From a virus, in IMG/VR virus record IMGVR_UViG_3300050343_000199, positions 64,001 to 128,000 of that record: 64,000 nucleotides of DNA; one strand, given 5' to 3'. A program made the position numbers and the translations under genes. Under the pieces are notes generated by a model. That model was given only the letters and a program-made list of their open reading frames with translations, was not told the origin of the DNA and did no database searches. Shown in pieces: positions 25,701-36,900 of the stretch. The number at the start of each line of letters is the position of its first letter. Positions within the stretch are counted from its first letter, which is position 1.

Positions 25701-26538
25701 TACCAATAATAGTACATCCAGTAGTCTCAACAACTGCATCATATCCGCTAGTAGTAATTCTACCCAAGGAAAAGTATTCATCTTGAGATTCTTTTGCAAA
25801 ATACCACTGACCACCAGTAATACCTACACCAAGAGACGAATTTCCAATATTTGGAGAATTATTACCAAATACTGAGTTATTACCTACAATTTTTCTTGCT
25901 TTAGTATCAGGAACTGCAAATGTACCTAAATTAGTAACTCCCCACCAATCTAAAACGTTTGCAGTAGTAATCCTAGAAATACCTCCAGTATCAGAATCAA
26001 TTCTAACTTCTGCTGTAGCACCAGATCCACCGCCACCACTTATAGTTACCGTTGGAGGATTATAAGGATCATATCCTTCACCTGCAATTAGAGTAGTAAT
26101 AGTAGTTATTTTACCTGTGTTATCGTATTGTGCAGATGCTGTTGCTTGTATTCCACCAGCAGCAGGTGCTCCTATAGTAACAGTAGGAGTACTGGTATAT
26201 CCAGCACCAAAATTTATAAGATCAATTCCTTGACTAGATCTTCCACCATATTGATTTCCAATAATAGAATACAATACAGGATAATCAGAAATCTGATACT
26301 CAGATCCATCACAATATAGATATCCTTCGTGAGTATATGCCGGATCATCTCCTGTTATATAAGCATTACCGGTTTTTTCACTTAAATTGCCATAATTTAT
26401 ATCTCCAGATTTAACATAATTATGATCAAAACTATTAGCAGTGCTTTTTAAATTAGGCACAATAGATCCGATTGGTGTAGTATCCACCAACATATCGGTC
26501 AGGAATCCCTGTCTTGCGTTTCTATAACTTTGTGACAT
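22750..26538 (-). CDS. Tail fibre protein with collar domain and glycine-rich region
   Basis: TPIGSIVP...GYLYCDGSEYQISDYPVLYSIIGNQYGG collar motif, GxGY repeats, long GGGGG-rich segment. Confidence 0.85.
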   Translation of the reverse strand: MSQSYRNARQGFLTDMLVDTTPIGSIVPNLKSTANSFDHNYVKSGDINYGNLSEKTGNAYITGDDPAYTHEGYLYCDGSEYQISDYPVLYSIIGNQYGGRSSQGIDLINFGAGYTSTPTVTIGAPAAGGIQATASAQYDNTGKITTITTLIAGEGYDPYNPPTVTISGGGGSGATAEVRIDSDTGGISRITTANVLDWWGVTNLGTFAVPDTKARKIVGNNSVFGNNSPNIGNSSLGVGITGGQWYFAKESQDEYFSLGRITTSGYDAVVETTGCTIIGSQDVTVTMKDSKLPGVFQHSHSVFHSVPGQTQWVREGSGDRYLQDYKEGRGRVQRWYPTTGQVFTHKHGLLRRPNDDNTVATYDAFDAYGGAGGAGTLKDDTAAGPDQAYLASGAQGAGSWEFQTFIPNPISYTLSSNSVVGGRNIVTGGTPIINYTNVWEFTNPGSYSIDFSTVTGSPESLQYLVVGGGGSGANGTSAGNNGTASSLKIGDGSGVHLVADGGEKGGAASGQSGGSGGDKGGTQKLGLKGGGKFNGLDGTDGQNGVANNGFPKVDYPNNPNGGGIGGLLGFTPYGVGTNGVNKEVTGQSGTYSQTKTSNGSFSGLNGIAGILTARFSLSGGAGGNANNSRSGHRGVLINAEIKSNGLSNFTQQGWSVSIGSKGSNGGNSPGSGGSNSNGASGKQGGTGDGNKGGAGGGGATLLYRGSQLVIGAGGGGGAGADGNDGGPGQNGLSPVGLQQGSQALGPGSGGKGGNYGCVGGGGGGGGGGAARNGFTTPGGSGGGAPGGPGGAPGGNGGHQGGGGGMTGTSSLRNDYFTAAQQSQGSSGNGYASLNITYNNDYWTPGGGGGGGAGVWNGVTGWDALGNPASAAITVGSGGSSPGGGVANGGTGYVKVGLGVVTGWEGGTTTVSIGDVFESGSADADDWDVNVYDFGDGSGVTGNFKKPTETPIVKIIGGGGTGATATCTTSANGTVNNVSLTSGGSGYTEQPYAYVLNGSSAGTIIAAQVDQNAGIVSDLTLIPNSSSQIESFLKFGGVNGKTSKTRFAVVKPTDCTQVNYISIKAARGNDSNGGNKPEETLKVYYQLNGSETWNLIDTIINPNASRTDPLIGTVPSINSTWDGTGGNTKWYTYSVALPASAKQDGVKIKFEQQRANANSANDNADNTDHYGISEVIYWKEKVTELIFVPTAGAISKPAVDSLTYTVQGQTGPGITYSSGLNASDAKLTMKSTTKVEPIVSLDPDFNIPLLVPYRLCKYLIKAF

Positions 26539-26543
26539 TACTA

Positions 26544-27914
26544 TTAAATCTTAATTAAATATTCCATAACAATATATGGTGATGTAGCAGCATCAATAGA
26601 AACTGAGTTATCAGTTCCTATATCCATACGTGTCACCAAATTTTCAGGTGGCACTTCAATTGCATTTGTTTTAACTTTATAACTATGGTCGCCTTTATCC
26701 AAATAAATGCGATGATTATGTCTAGTTGGATCTTCTCCAGCTGTAATTGCTAAGTCAATAGTATCTAGAGTTTCATTATCAACATCGGTAATAGCAAATT
26801 GAGATTTATGTTCTTGATTAGATTGCATTGGAACAACATCATGCAAACTAACATCATTAAAATCTAATGGGACTCCAGGATATCCAGATTCATATGTAAC
26901 CGGAATGTCATTATCAAAATCATCTGCTTCATCACCACCACCACGGTATACACATATACCAAGAAGTTCCGTAAAGTTAGCATATTCTGCAGTATCATTT
27001 CCGTTAGGTGATCCTTCTGCTTTCCAACCATCAAGAGTAAATTCTTCGTTATTCAAACATCCATAAGTATATTCAGTCTGACCATATCCAAAAATACAAT
27101 ATCCATAATAAAGAGTTTCTTGTACTCCCTGATCAGTAATAGCGGAATCTTTCCACTTATCAATTGCCTTACAAACATTCTGACCACTTCCAGGTGGTTG
27201 ACCAGAATCATTATTATATCTAGTTGCATCTAACCAATCTTGAATAGGTATAGTTGATGCATTTCTACGACCAGTAGTACCACCATTTGGATTAGGTTCG
27301 TCTCCTGAAGGTTCGTTTGTTTGTAAATTTCTTGCTCGCACAGCACTATGAAAGTGCATATGTCCGGCAACTGCATTCTCTTCAACACCTTCAATCTCGG
27401 TATAATGTGTATCTCCAGCATATTCCCAAGATGGTCTTCCTCTAAGAGGAATTTCTTGACTTGGTACTGTTATAGTACCAGAATATGTAATGGTTACCGT
27501 ATCACCGATTGCAGATGTTACTTCAATTCCAATACCAGATCTACTTACTAAGTTACCCAAAGCATTTGGTAATCTAATATTATTATAGGATCCAGCATTG
27601 GCACCTGATGTTGGTTCTGGATATTTTGAACCAAGATCAGGGACCATAAATTGTGTATCAGATAAGACATCAAATACTGTCCCGTCAGGATTTCTCCTAA
27701 GATATTTACACGAATCACCTGTTCCTAAAATTGCTGCTAATGCAGGATAATCAGAGGCAAAATATTTTGTTCCATCACATTTAAGATATCCAGCAGGCAA
27801 CCTAGATTTATTAAGTGCAGTACTGGGATCACCTTGATATTCTAACGGCCAAATAATAACTTGACCTGATAAATTACCATATTTAGATCTTTCTTTGGCG
27901 TAAAATGCAGGCAT
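26544..27914 (-). CDS. Tail collar domain protein (short fibre-like)
   Basis: LPAGYLKCDGTKYFASDYPALAAILG...FMVPDLG...PYIVMEYLIKI. Confidence 0.85.
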   Translation of the reverse strand: MPAFYAKERSKYGNLSGQVIIWPLEYQGDPSTALNKSRLPAGYLKCDGTKYFASDYPALAAILGTGDSCKYLRRNPDGTVFDVLSDTQFMVPDLGSKYPEPTSGANAGSYNNIRLPNALGNLVSRSGIGIEVTSAIGDTVTITYSGTITVPSQEIPLRGRPSWEYAGDTHYTEIEGVEENAVAGHMHFHSAVRARNLQTNEPSGDEPNPNGGTTGRRNASTIPIQDWLDATRYNNDSGQPPGSGQNVCKAIDKWKDSAITDQGVQETLYYGYCIFGYGQTEYTYGCLNNEEFTLDGWKAEGSPNGNDTAEYANFTELLGICVYRGGGDEADDFDNDIPVTYESGYPGVPLDFNDVSLHDVVPMQSNQEHKSQFAITDVDNETLDTIDLAITAGEDPTRHNHRIYLDKGDHSYKVKTNAIEVPPENLVTRMDIGTDNSVSIDAATSPYIVMEYLIKI

Positions 27915-29602
27915 CAGTATGCTTTGATTATAAACGTCATTGTTACATTAGGTTGAGTGGTATCAACCGTAATATTTAGGGCATCTTCTAAACTATCAGC
28001 AGTTAAAGAAGATCCATCTGCATCATTTGCAGTATGAGAAGGAGGACTAGCGATAGATCCTATACCCTGAGCAATTTCAAAACTACCGTGATTATGTGCT
28101 CGGTATATTTGTTCTTTAGGATCTTTAGCAGTATTAGTTGTATTTAATGTAGTAGGATATGTGGCATATTTAAATGCTATATCAATAGTTCCACCAGATT
28201 TTGCCGGTTGACTCATAGTAATTTCATAAATTGGTGCTGCAGCAGTACCTATATTCTCAACAATTTGGACCATTGTTCCTTCACGGAAGTAATAATATTT
28301 ACTATCAACTAGAACAGGTGTCATGTACATTAAAGGAGTAATTTTATCATATTGATACCAACTTTCACCTCCAGAACTATATGAACTTTTGATATTTGTA
28401 CTAGGAGGTAGTGTAATTTTATTAGAATCTTGAGTAAGAGTTACTCCAGAGACTGTAAATACAGGAGAAGTTTCGGGGTTATCTTCTAGTCCATCACCTC
28501 TAATAGGAGCACCAGTATCATATCCAAAGAAATTTGACCTTCCTCTTAGACTCATTGGGGGTGGAAACATCCCAGTATGGCAAGGTGTTTTATGTTCATC
28601 AGTAGGAACGTAACTAAAGGTATCAGTATATCCTCGTTCAAATACAACTTGATCATATGCTAAGGCTTCATGTCCTGTTCCACCACCGTCTTGATTACGA
28701 TCAGTAGTTGCCCATTCATCTTCACCAGCAGGAATATAACCCCAATAATCTTTTCCTGAACTATCTTTTACAAATTCTTGATATCCTTCACAACGTGGAA
28801 GTGTATTTTCATGTGTTTGATCACCATAGTATGTTATATTAGTAGCACCATTGTTCCACTGAGTTGGTTCTGCTTCTTTAAGAGCACAGTTAATAGGACC
28901 TCTAGTTTCACTACACTGATTAGATGTAATGTCACCGGTCATATCAATACCCCTATCAGTACGAAATACCATAGGACCAGAAGCATTTGGGTTTACTGAT
29001 GGTATATTTTCACTATGTGAATGTGATGGTGTATGATTAATTCCTAATTTTCTATTCAATGTATGTACTGTCTCCAAAAAGTCAGGAGATCCCATAGTAA
29101 TATTATCAAATTTAAAATATAAATTTCCGGATAAATTTAACGTAAAATCAATGTCAGTTGTTGCTTGATATGTAGTGTTTATCAACGCATTTTCACCATA
29201 AGAATCAATTAGATCACCTAATTTATCTCCTTGTGTATTATATACAGAATTTAATGGGTCAGTTTGACCCATCTTATATTTGTCAAGTGTGAGATAATCT
29301 TTTTCAACATCTATCAAAACTTTAGCAGATAGATTTGGAAGTCTAAAAGTTGCATCTGTACCATAATATGGAAATTCTGGATGATTTCCCGACACATCTG
29401 TCATATCACCACCATAAGAATCACCTAAAGATGAAGCTAATAATGGATAATCAGAAGCAGTTAATGTTTGACCATTGCAAGTAATCCACCCTTTGGGGAT
29501 ATTAGATTCTAAAAATCCACTACCCCCGTCTCCTCCCCAAGGCATGATAGTGCCAACTTTGGCAGCTCTCATAGTTTTAATTGAATCGTATCTTACTGTC
29601 AT
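27914..29602 (-). CDS. Tail collar domain protein (short fibre-like)
   Basis: KVGTIMPW...IPKGWITCNGQTL...FRLPNL...QPNVTMTFIIKAY. Confidence 0.85.
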   Translation of the reverse strand: MTVRYDSIKTMRAAKVGTIMPWGGDGGSGFLESNIPKGWITCNGQTLTASDYPLLASSLGDSYGGDMTDVSGNHPEFPYYGTDATFRLPNLSAKVLIDVEKDYLTLDKYKMGQTDPLNSVYNTQGDKLGDLIDSYGENALINTTYQATTDIDFTLNLSGNLYFKFDNITMGSPDFLETVHTLNRKLGINHTPSHSHSENIPSVNPNASGPMVFRTDRGIDMTGDITSNQCSETRGPINCALKEAEPTQWNNGATNITYYGDQTHENTLPRCEGYQEFVKDSSGKDYWGYIPAGEDEWATTDRNQDGGGTGHEALAYDQVVFERGYTDTFSYVPTDEHKTPCHTGMFPPPMSLRGRSNFFGYDTGAPIRGDGLEDNPETSPVFTVSGVTLTQDSNKITLPPSTNIKSSYSSGGESWYQYDKITPLMYMTPVLVDSKYYYFREGTMVQIVENIGTAAAPIYEITMSQPAKSGGTIDIAFKYATYPTTLNTTNTAKDPKEQIYRAHNHGSFEIAQGIGSIASPPSHTANDADGSSLTADSLEDALNITVDTTQPNVTMTFIIKAY

Positions 29603-29612
29603 TGTTTTTAGA

Positions 29613-30977
29613 TCAGAGTTCCATCAACCACCAACCACGAAGAGAAGGTGGAATTGTTCTGGCATTAGAGGATCCTTCAATGTCAACAGGACCAGCATAA
29701 ACTAAACCAAAAGCAGCATTTCTAGATTGAACTACAAGTTCTCCAGAATCCCATGCCGTTGATAGTGTTTGACCAGCACCAGCACCAACTCTAGATCCAG
29801 TAGTATCACCTTGAATTGCTGTTTGAACTGCTCCATCTTTCAATGCTCTAATAATTAAACTTGTGTTATAAGTTAGATTTCCGCTAAGTTCCGTAAATCT
29901 AATCATATCGCCAGTTTGAGCATCATTTGGTAAGTACAAGACCATATTACTACCACTAGAAGTATTAACCAAGTAGTTATTATTAACTTCAAGTGGATTA
30001 TCTTGCTGTTGACCAATACCAGTGGTAGGATCAAAATCAAGATATGTATGTCTTCTACCACCATTACCTGTCCAATATTTCTCAATACCAAACGAATCAA
30101 TAGCGTTGTTTTGATAAATCTTGAAGTCTTTCGGACCATCACTACCACCAATACCTGCAGAACCCATATTATCAATATGGAATACTACATCAGATGCATT
30201 TTCAGTAATCAGTAATCTACCAGCTTGATAGAATGTTTCACCCATCTGAAGACTGCCAGTTCTTCCCTGTACACTAAATGAAGGTACAGATGAACAAATA
30301 CCGTTCATCTGGCAATCATCCCAGTAAACTCTAAAATCACCGAAGATATTAGCAGAACCCTTCAGGGTCATGCCATTAGTCTTATTGATAGGATCTTCAA
30401 TAGATCCATCTCCAGAGTGACCATCGTCATTTGCAATTGACAATACTAGAGTTTTACTATCAGAACCATACATTCTAAATGCACCACCATAGATGGTAGT
30501 ATCATCATAGACACTAAGTTCGCCACCATTATATAAGTCATAATATGGTGTTGTTGCAGTATTTGGTTCTCTAATACTCTTAGACATCTTGACTGCATAA
30601 ACTGCATCAAGAGAACCATCAACACTATCAGGAACAAAGAATTCACTACCAATCCTGACATAAGTTGGATAATCTAGTTTAGGTGAAATTAGATCTCCAT
30701 TACGAAGTCTAATCTCTAATCTAACATCGCTAGTATTCGGACTACGAGCCTTAAGGGCAGTTGCACGAGCAGATTGAGTTGCAGGAATGTCATCTAATAG
30801 AACTGTTGTTCTAGGAGCACCAACTAATTTGACAACATTTACACCTGCTTGGAATGCCTGAGCTGTCGTTCCTTCACGTCCTCTACCACCAGAATTATAA
30901 GTAGAATTACTTGATGTTGGTAGAATTAATCCACCAGTATTTGTATCTGTGCGTGGTGTATCAGTTATCTGAATCCG
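29613..30977 (-). CDS. C-terminal part of the giant structural/tail protein (frame open 130 codons upstream of the first ATG)
   Basis: No stop from 30977 to 29613. The upstream part reads IQITDTPRTDTNTGG...GREGTTAQAFQAG. C-terminus ...SLRGWWLMEL. Confidence 0.65.
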   Translation of the reverse strand, partial: RIQITDTPRTDTNTGGLILPTSSNSTYNSGGRGREGTTAQAFQAGVNVVKLVGAPRTTVLLDDIPATQSARATALKARSPNTSDVRLEIRLRNGDLISPKLDYPTYVRIGSEFFVPDSVDGSLDAVYAVKMSKSIREPNTATTPYYDLYNGGELSVYDDTTIYGGAFRMYGSDSKTLVLSIANDDGHSGDGSIEDPINKTNGMTLKGSANIFGDFRVYWDDCQMNGICSSVPSFSVQGRTGSLQMGETFYQAGRLLITENASDVVFHIDNMGSAGIGGSDGPKDFKIYQNNAIDSFGIEKYWTGNGGRRHTYLDFDPTTGIGQQQDNPLEVNNNYLVNTSSGSNMVLYLPNDAQTGDMIRFTELSGNLTYNTSLIIRALKDGAVQTAIQGDTTGSRVGAGAGQTLSTAWDSGELVVQSRNAAFGLVYAGPVDIEGSSNARTIPPSLRGWWLMEL

Positions 30978-33900
30978 TTAATAGTGGTTTTATTAGAATC
31001 AATGAATACATTACCAGTTACAGAATTAATTTCAAATACGGTTGATTCTGTAGAAGTATCACATCCATTCTTAACTCTAAATGATTTGGCAACTTGATCA
31101 AGTAAGGTCTTAACTTTAAATATTTCACCTGTATCATCAACACCATCACCAGAAGGAGTGCCATCATCGCGAGAAATAATAACATAGTCTCCAATACTGA
31201 TGTCTCCACCAAATTGTGCTAGGTAAATATCTTCTTCAGTTCCAGAGTTGTCAAGATTGGTGGTAATCCAAGTAGATTCAAACTGAACAGTACATTTGTA
31301 GATTGCAGCAGTATCGTTATGATCAGATCTAATTTCAGTAAATGTTCCAAATGGAAGTCTCTCAACTATAAGATAATATGGAGCAACGTTGATTCTTGGT
31401 AAAGAAACGATTTTAACAAATTCGGGATGTTTATTACCTGTAATAGCAGTATCAACTAGAAGAATATCATTCTCGGTAAAATACTGAGCATCTTCAGCAT
31501 CAACTGGTTTATTCTTAATTGGTAAGTAATACTGATTACCACTCAATGCAGAAAGAACTTGAGGTTCAACATTTGGAGTACCACCAATTGTAGTAATTTC
31601 ATTCTGGAATACTGTACCACCCCAATCACCACTACCAGAAGTATCTACAGCATTGTATCTCGCATCGGATACAGCAACTCTAGCAACTGTAATAAGATCA
31701 ACATTAGACTTGAATAGATTATTTCCGAGAATACCGCTGGTATGAGTAATCTTACTAGAACCAATTTGTCCTCTATCTGCTGTGAAAGAGTAAGATGCAA
31801 ATCCACCACACAGGGTCATATCAGAATTAAATCTAGCAGTAGAATCAACAATTAAATTGTTTCTAATTCTAGTACTTCCACCCTGACCACCGACTGTAAT
31901 ATCAGAAGCATTAGTTGCAAAATCAAGTTTTGACGTGCTAGAATTACCAGAGAAAAATTCTACAGTGCCTGCAGTAGAAGAAAGTTTAACCGTATCATCA
32001 AGACCTCTTCTTGTACCTAGTTGAATATCACCAGAAACTTTAAGAGCCTTTGTGTCAATTTGAGTAAACGATAAAGATTCGTTGTTGTTATAAGCACCAC
32101 CGATAGTAATCTTAGAAATATTGCTATTAAGATCTGGTGTATTACCAATCCAAATGTTGCTATGCAGAGATTTATTACCAACATAAACATATTGATCTTG
32201 TGTTGTGGTGTTGAGTAGATTTAAAGTTTTTACAGAATTACCAACGTTAAGTGTGCCAGTAAAAGCAGTATCAGTGACTAGATTAAATGTACCACTTGTC
32301 TGAGATGTTCTGATCTCAGCAGTTGTACCGTCGTTGCCATTGACTTCAATGTCATGCTCAAAACGAGCATCATCAGTAAATCTAGATGTACCATCAACAA
32401 CCAGTGCTCTGTCTAGTTCAGCATTAGTTACATTAATACCAACACGACCATTATTTGTAGTTGCAACTCTAAGTGTTGCTTCATTTGCTGGTGTTGCACT
32501 GTCGCCACCAACTAGAAGTGCATAATCAGAAGTTGTTTCAGTTCTATTAGCGAACGCAGGATTACTTAGATAATCAGAAATTATCTTACCACTGATAAAT
32601 GCATTACCAACAACATCAAGGTTTGCACGAGGAGCAGTATCAACATCAACAAATGCAGTCATATATGCATCATGTGCAGATCTTGCGACTGTGTTAATAC
32701 CAAGTTTGTATTGACCAATGTCACTGGTATCAGTTCTAATTGTTTCAGAACCAATAACTCCAAATTCTTTCCAAGAAGAATTAGAGAACTCTAATCTTAC
32801 ATCATTTCCAAGTGCTACCTCACTAGACCAAAGTCTTGGATTGTCATTTGCAACGTTAGATCTGTTTTCAATAATAGCAATTTGACAAGTATTAGCACTG
32901 GCAGTAAATCCATTACCAATGATTTGCCAGAGACCATTAAATCCAGGGTCACTATAGTTAGAAATTCTGATCTGGGATCCGCTGGTAACACCAACTTGAT
33001 CATTAGATAAGTTGTTACCCCAAGTAATGGTGATAACAGTGCTTCCATTCATCTGGAAGTTAAGGAGATTTGCATTAACAACTCGCGCAAAGAAGTTTGC
33101 GTAAATCCATCCAAGAGACCCAGTACCACCAACTTCAGATCCTTTGAGAAGAATATCTCCAGATAATGGAACTTCAGACCCGTACAATACATTTTGGGTA
33201 GTATTAATTGCAGTTCCAAGACCTGTGCTATACACGGGACTTTGATTAGGTGTAATATTTGACCCAATGCTTCCAACTACATGATTTTGAATTTTATAAC
33301 CTTGTGCAGCACCATTTGAACCACGTGGATTAAACTGGAATATTGAGGCAGCAACTCGGTTTCTTGCAATTACAATGTCACCATTTGTATCTTGATTGAG
33401 GAATTGATTAGTCTTATCAAGTGTTGCATCATCACCATCACTAGGTGATACGTTAGAAACTACAGTAAATGCATAATCTCTAACTCTACCCAGAACATTA
33501 ATAGTAACAGGAGAGTTAAATGTACTCATGCGATCTTGAGCATCACCACCATTAACAGTGATGTACTCGTTAAATGTTACAGGAGTATCAAAAGTAGTAA
33601 CAAGACTACCGATATCTTCAGTGTCATCATCAGAATCAACTAATGCAGCAGATTCCAAGAATACTTCTTCACCAGTAATAGCATCAATCTTACGGTTACC
33701 AATGTATAGGTCACCGTTAGAGTTTAGACCAGTGTAGAATACTAAACCACCATTTTGCTTCTTAGACTGTGCATAGAAGTCTTGGGTTGGGGTTAGAACG
33801 ATCTCCTGACGGGCAGGAAGACCGGTTGAATAGTTACCAGGACCGAATCCAAGGTACTCAAAGGTATGGTTACCTGCACGAGCAATAGAGGGTCTTCTAA

Positions 33901-36900
33901 GTTCAACATATAGTCTCTGATCAGACATTACAGTGCTGTCACCAGCAATAGGAATGCGACGATCTTCAGATCCAGATGCAGCATTACCCTTCTGCGCTCT
34001 TAATCTATTATCAATGCTAGAATTAACTTGAGTATAAGTATTCTGCAACAGTGCTTGCTGAGTCGTAAAGTCAAGCATTGCTTCACGAGTCATTGAACCC
34101 TTAAAGTCGTTAACTCTAACAAGACCGTGAGTATAGTTATCTGCAGCAGAATATGTTGCAGGAACATCAAGTTGGGTGTTATCTAACTGCTTGAACCAAA
34201 GAGGATCGTTCTTATAGTTCAGTGGATATAGTTTGCTGATTGGTTGAGAGAACTTAAAGTTACGGAAGTTACCCTGATTACCAGCACCAGTTGGGAATGG
34301 AGAGATGTTACCACGAACAGCAGTTAGATAGTAGATACCATCTTGCTGACCGTAAATACGGCGTTGAACCTCTTCAACATCAAAGATGTAGAAGGTATCA
34401 TCAAGTTCCCCAGTATCAGTTACAGACTCTACGTAGAACTGAACGTTTGCATCGTCAGTAATGATATCACCAGGAGTGATAGTATAAACTTTGGATCCAA
34501 GTTGTCTGTAGTAATATTCTGGATAGTTCTTACGAATAAGATCCTTAATGTATAGTGACTTACCGAAGTCTTCATCAGTCAGTAGGTCAGCAAATACTGC
34601 ACCTTGAGCAAATCGGATATTTTCAAAGACTGAATAATCAATCTTACCAGAAATACCCTTGAGAATCAAATACCAGTCACTTGTATTTGGAACATTGAGT
34701 GCTGCATGTATGAATGCATAACCCGAAGAATTGCCATACCAATCAACTCTGTTTGCAGAATTTGATTGAGTCTTGTTAGCAACGAAAGAACCACCCTGAG
34801 GTGCAGTAACCTTAACTGTAGTAAACGTTTCATTCAACAATCCAACGTTTGTAATACCTAGGTCAAATACAGTTACTTCTAATAGTTCGTCACCACTTTG
34901 TGCATCATTAAAGTATCTACCAGACTGAATAGTCATTGAGACATAATTAGAAGTCTCAATACTCTTAGCGTACTGAGTTGTGCCTACAACGTCTCTCTTA
35001 TATGGATCATATGCAGTCTCTTCATTTAGATTATTACTAAGGAAATCTGCCTTAGTGAAACCAATAACTTCATTTGCTTGTACTGGGTTGAAGAACCTTG
35101 CTTTTGTTACAGAACCAGATACTGGTTTAAGTACAAGTTTTTGTGGCAGAAGTTTTCTAGTTTCATCCTTACGAACTTTAATGGTAAATCCATTAATAGG
35201 ATCACGAACCGCTTGTAAGTACTCAGGAATAACATAACGAAGACGATAGATACGATCATCTTTATCTCTTTCATCCTTGATCCTTTCAAACCAAGCATCG
35301 TTAGTCTTATCTTGACCAGAGATATCGCTATAAGTATTCTCATGCAATCTAGTTAAGATGCTTTCATCATACCTAGGATCATTAACATTAGAAGAATGAT
35401 CCTCAACCTGCATATACCACTTACCATAAATTGCTGGTGTAGTATTTGGATTTAAATATGACGGATCATATTTTACAGGTGATTCACGCTTATCCGCAAA
35501 TGTTGAGAAGTCATAAGAACCAGTCTGGAATGTAATTGCATTAATATCAGCAATTGCATCTGACTTTGTTGCGTGAATAGTGAAAGTTTTTTCAGTTTGA
35601 TATCTTGCCCAGAAGAATTTATCTCCACGAATTCTACCATTACTATCAGAGATAGAACTATCTCCAGCATAGTTAGAACCTACAAGAGGAACACTTCCAC
35701 CCTCATTTGCTCTAAAGAATACCTGATGACCAGAAATATCTGCAAAAGGAACATCAAAGATGTGTGGTACATCAGTACGAATACTAGAGTTAGTATTTGC
35801 CTCTAGGATACAAGAGTATTGATGCAAATCATAATTATCATCTAATACAAATTGATATACATCAATTTCAATATCAGGATCAATAGACTCTACTTCAGCA
35901 GAGTGAATATAGATACCTGCTGCAGCATTTTCTTTGCTGTTTGCAAGCATAATCTTTGTTTGATCTGTTCCGTCAAAGACTGAAGTTCCTTCATAAGGTT
36001 CTGGTTTTGTCTTTCTTGCAGGAGCAATTACATAATACTCTTCGTTGGTTTCAAAACCATTTGGGAGTCTAATCTTTCTCTTGTCAACATCAACATAAGA
36101 GTTGGTTACACTATCATAACGAGGACGTGGAACCAATCTAATTGGTGTACCAGTTTCTAGGTTATGTGGGTTGGCACCAGCACCTGTTCTAAGAGTCCAA
36201 GTTGTTGCTCTAGAAGCAAGTTGTGTGGTAAGTTGAGAAGGTTCTACTCTAGGAATAGTATTCAGACCAGTCTGAATAATCGTTGAGATATTAGTAAAGA
36301 ACTGACGAATAGCAGAAGCTTGATCAGCACACTCTGGATAAGAGGTATGTTGAGTAATAGTATCGTCAACAGTTGGTGAGAACTCAGATGTATATACACC
36401 TGAAGTTAAAGTGAAGTACAGGTAAGAGTTTGTGGTGGTTGCGTTTGCATTTACCGATGGACCAAATGCAAGTCCGAGTGGAGACTCAACTCTATCAACT
36501 GACTGTAAGTATCCAGGATTTGCAATTGTATTATTAACAATCTGGAACAGAGTAGTAACAGCAGATGCTACATTCTGACAAGATCCGTTAGATACAGTTC
36601 TAAGAACAGATGAAAGTGATGTTGGGGTTGATACTGCACTAGAAATAATATTAAAGAGTGTAGTAATAGTTGTTCTTGCATCTTCACACGATCCAACAGA
36701 TAAAGTTCTTGCAACATTAGCAAGAGAAGATGGTGTGTTGATAGCAACAGTAACTAGATCAGTGAAAGTTGTCAGAGATGATTTAACATCATTACACGAT
36801 GCATTAGATAAAGTACGTGTAACACCATATAGTAGATTACTAGAAGTAATGGTATTAGTAAGTATTTGAATCAACGTGGTGATCGTAGCTGCCTGTGAAG

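Noticed and set aside
30960-30990. Programmed -1 frameshift in the giant tail gene
   Set aside because: The shift must occur within AAC GGA TTC, which has no X XXY YYZ slippery heptamer and no obvious stimulatory structure. A deletion or assembly error is more likely.
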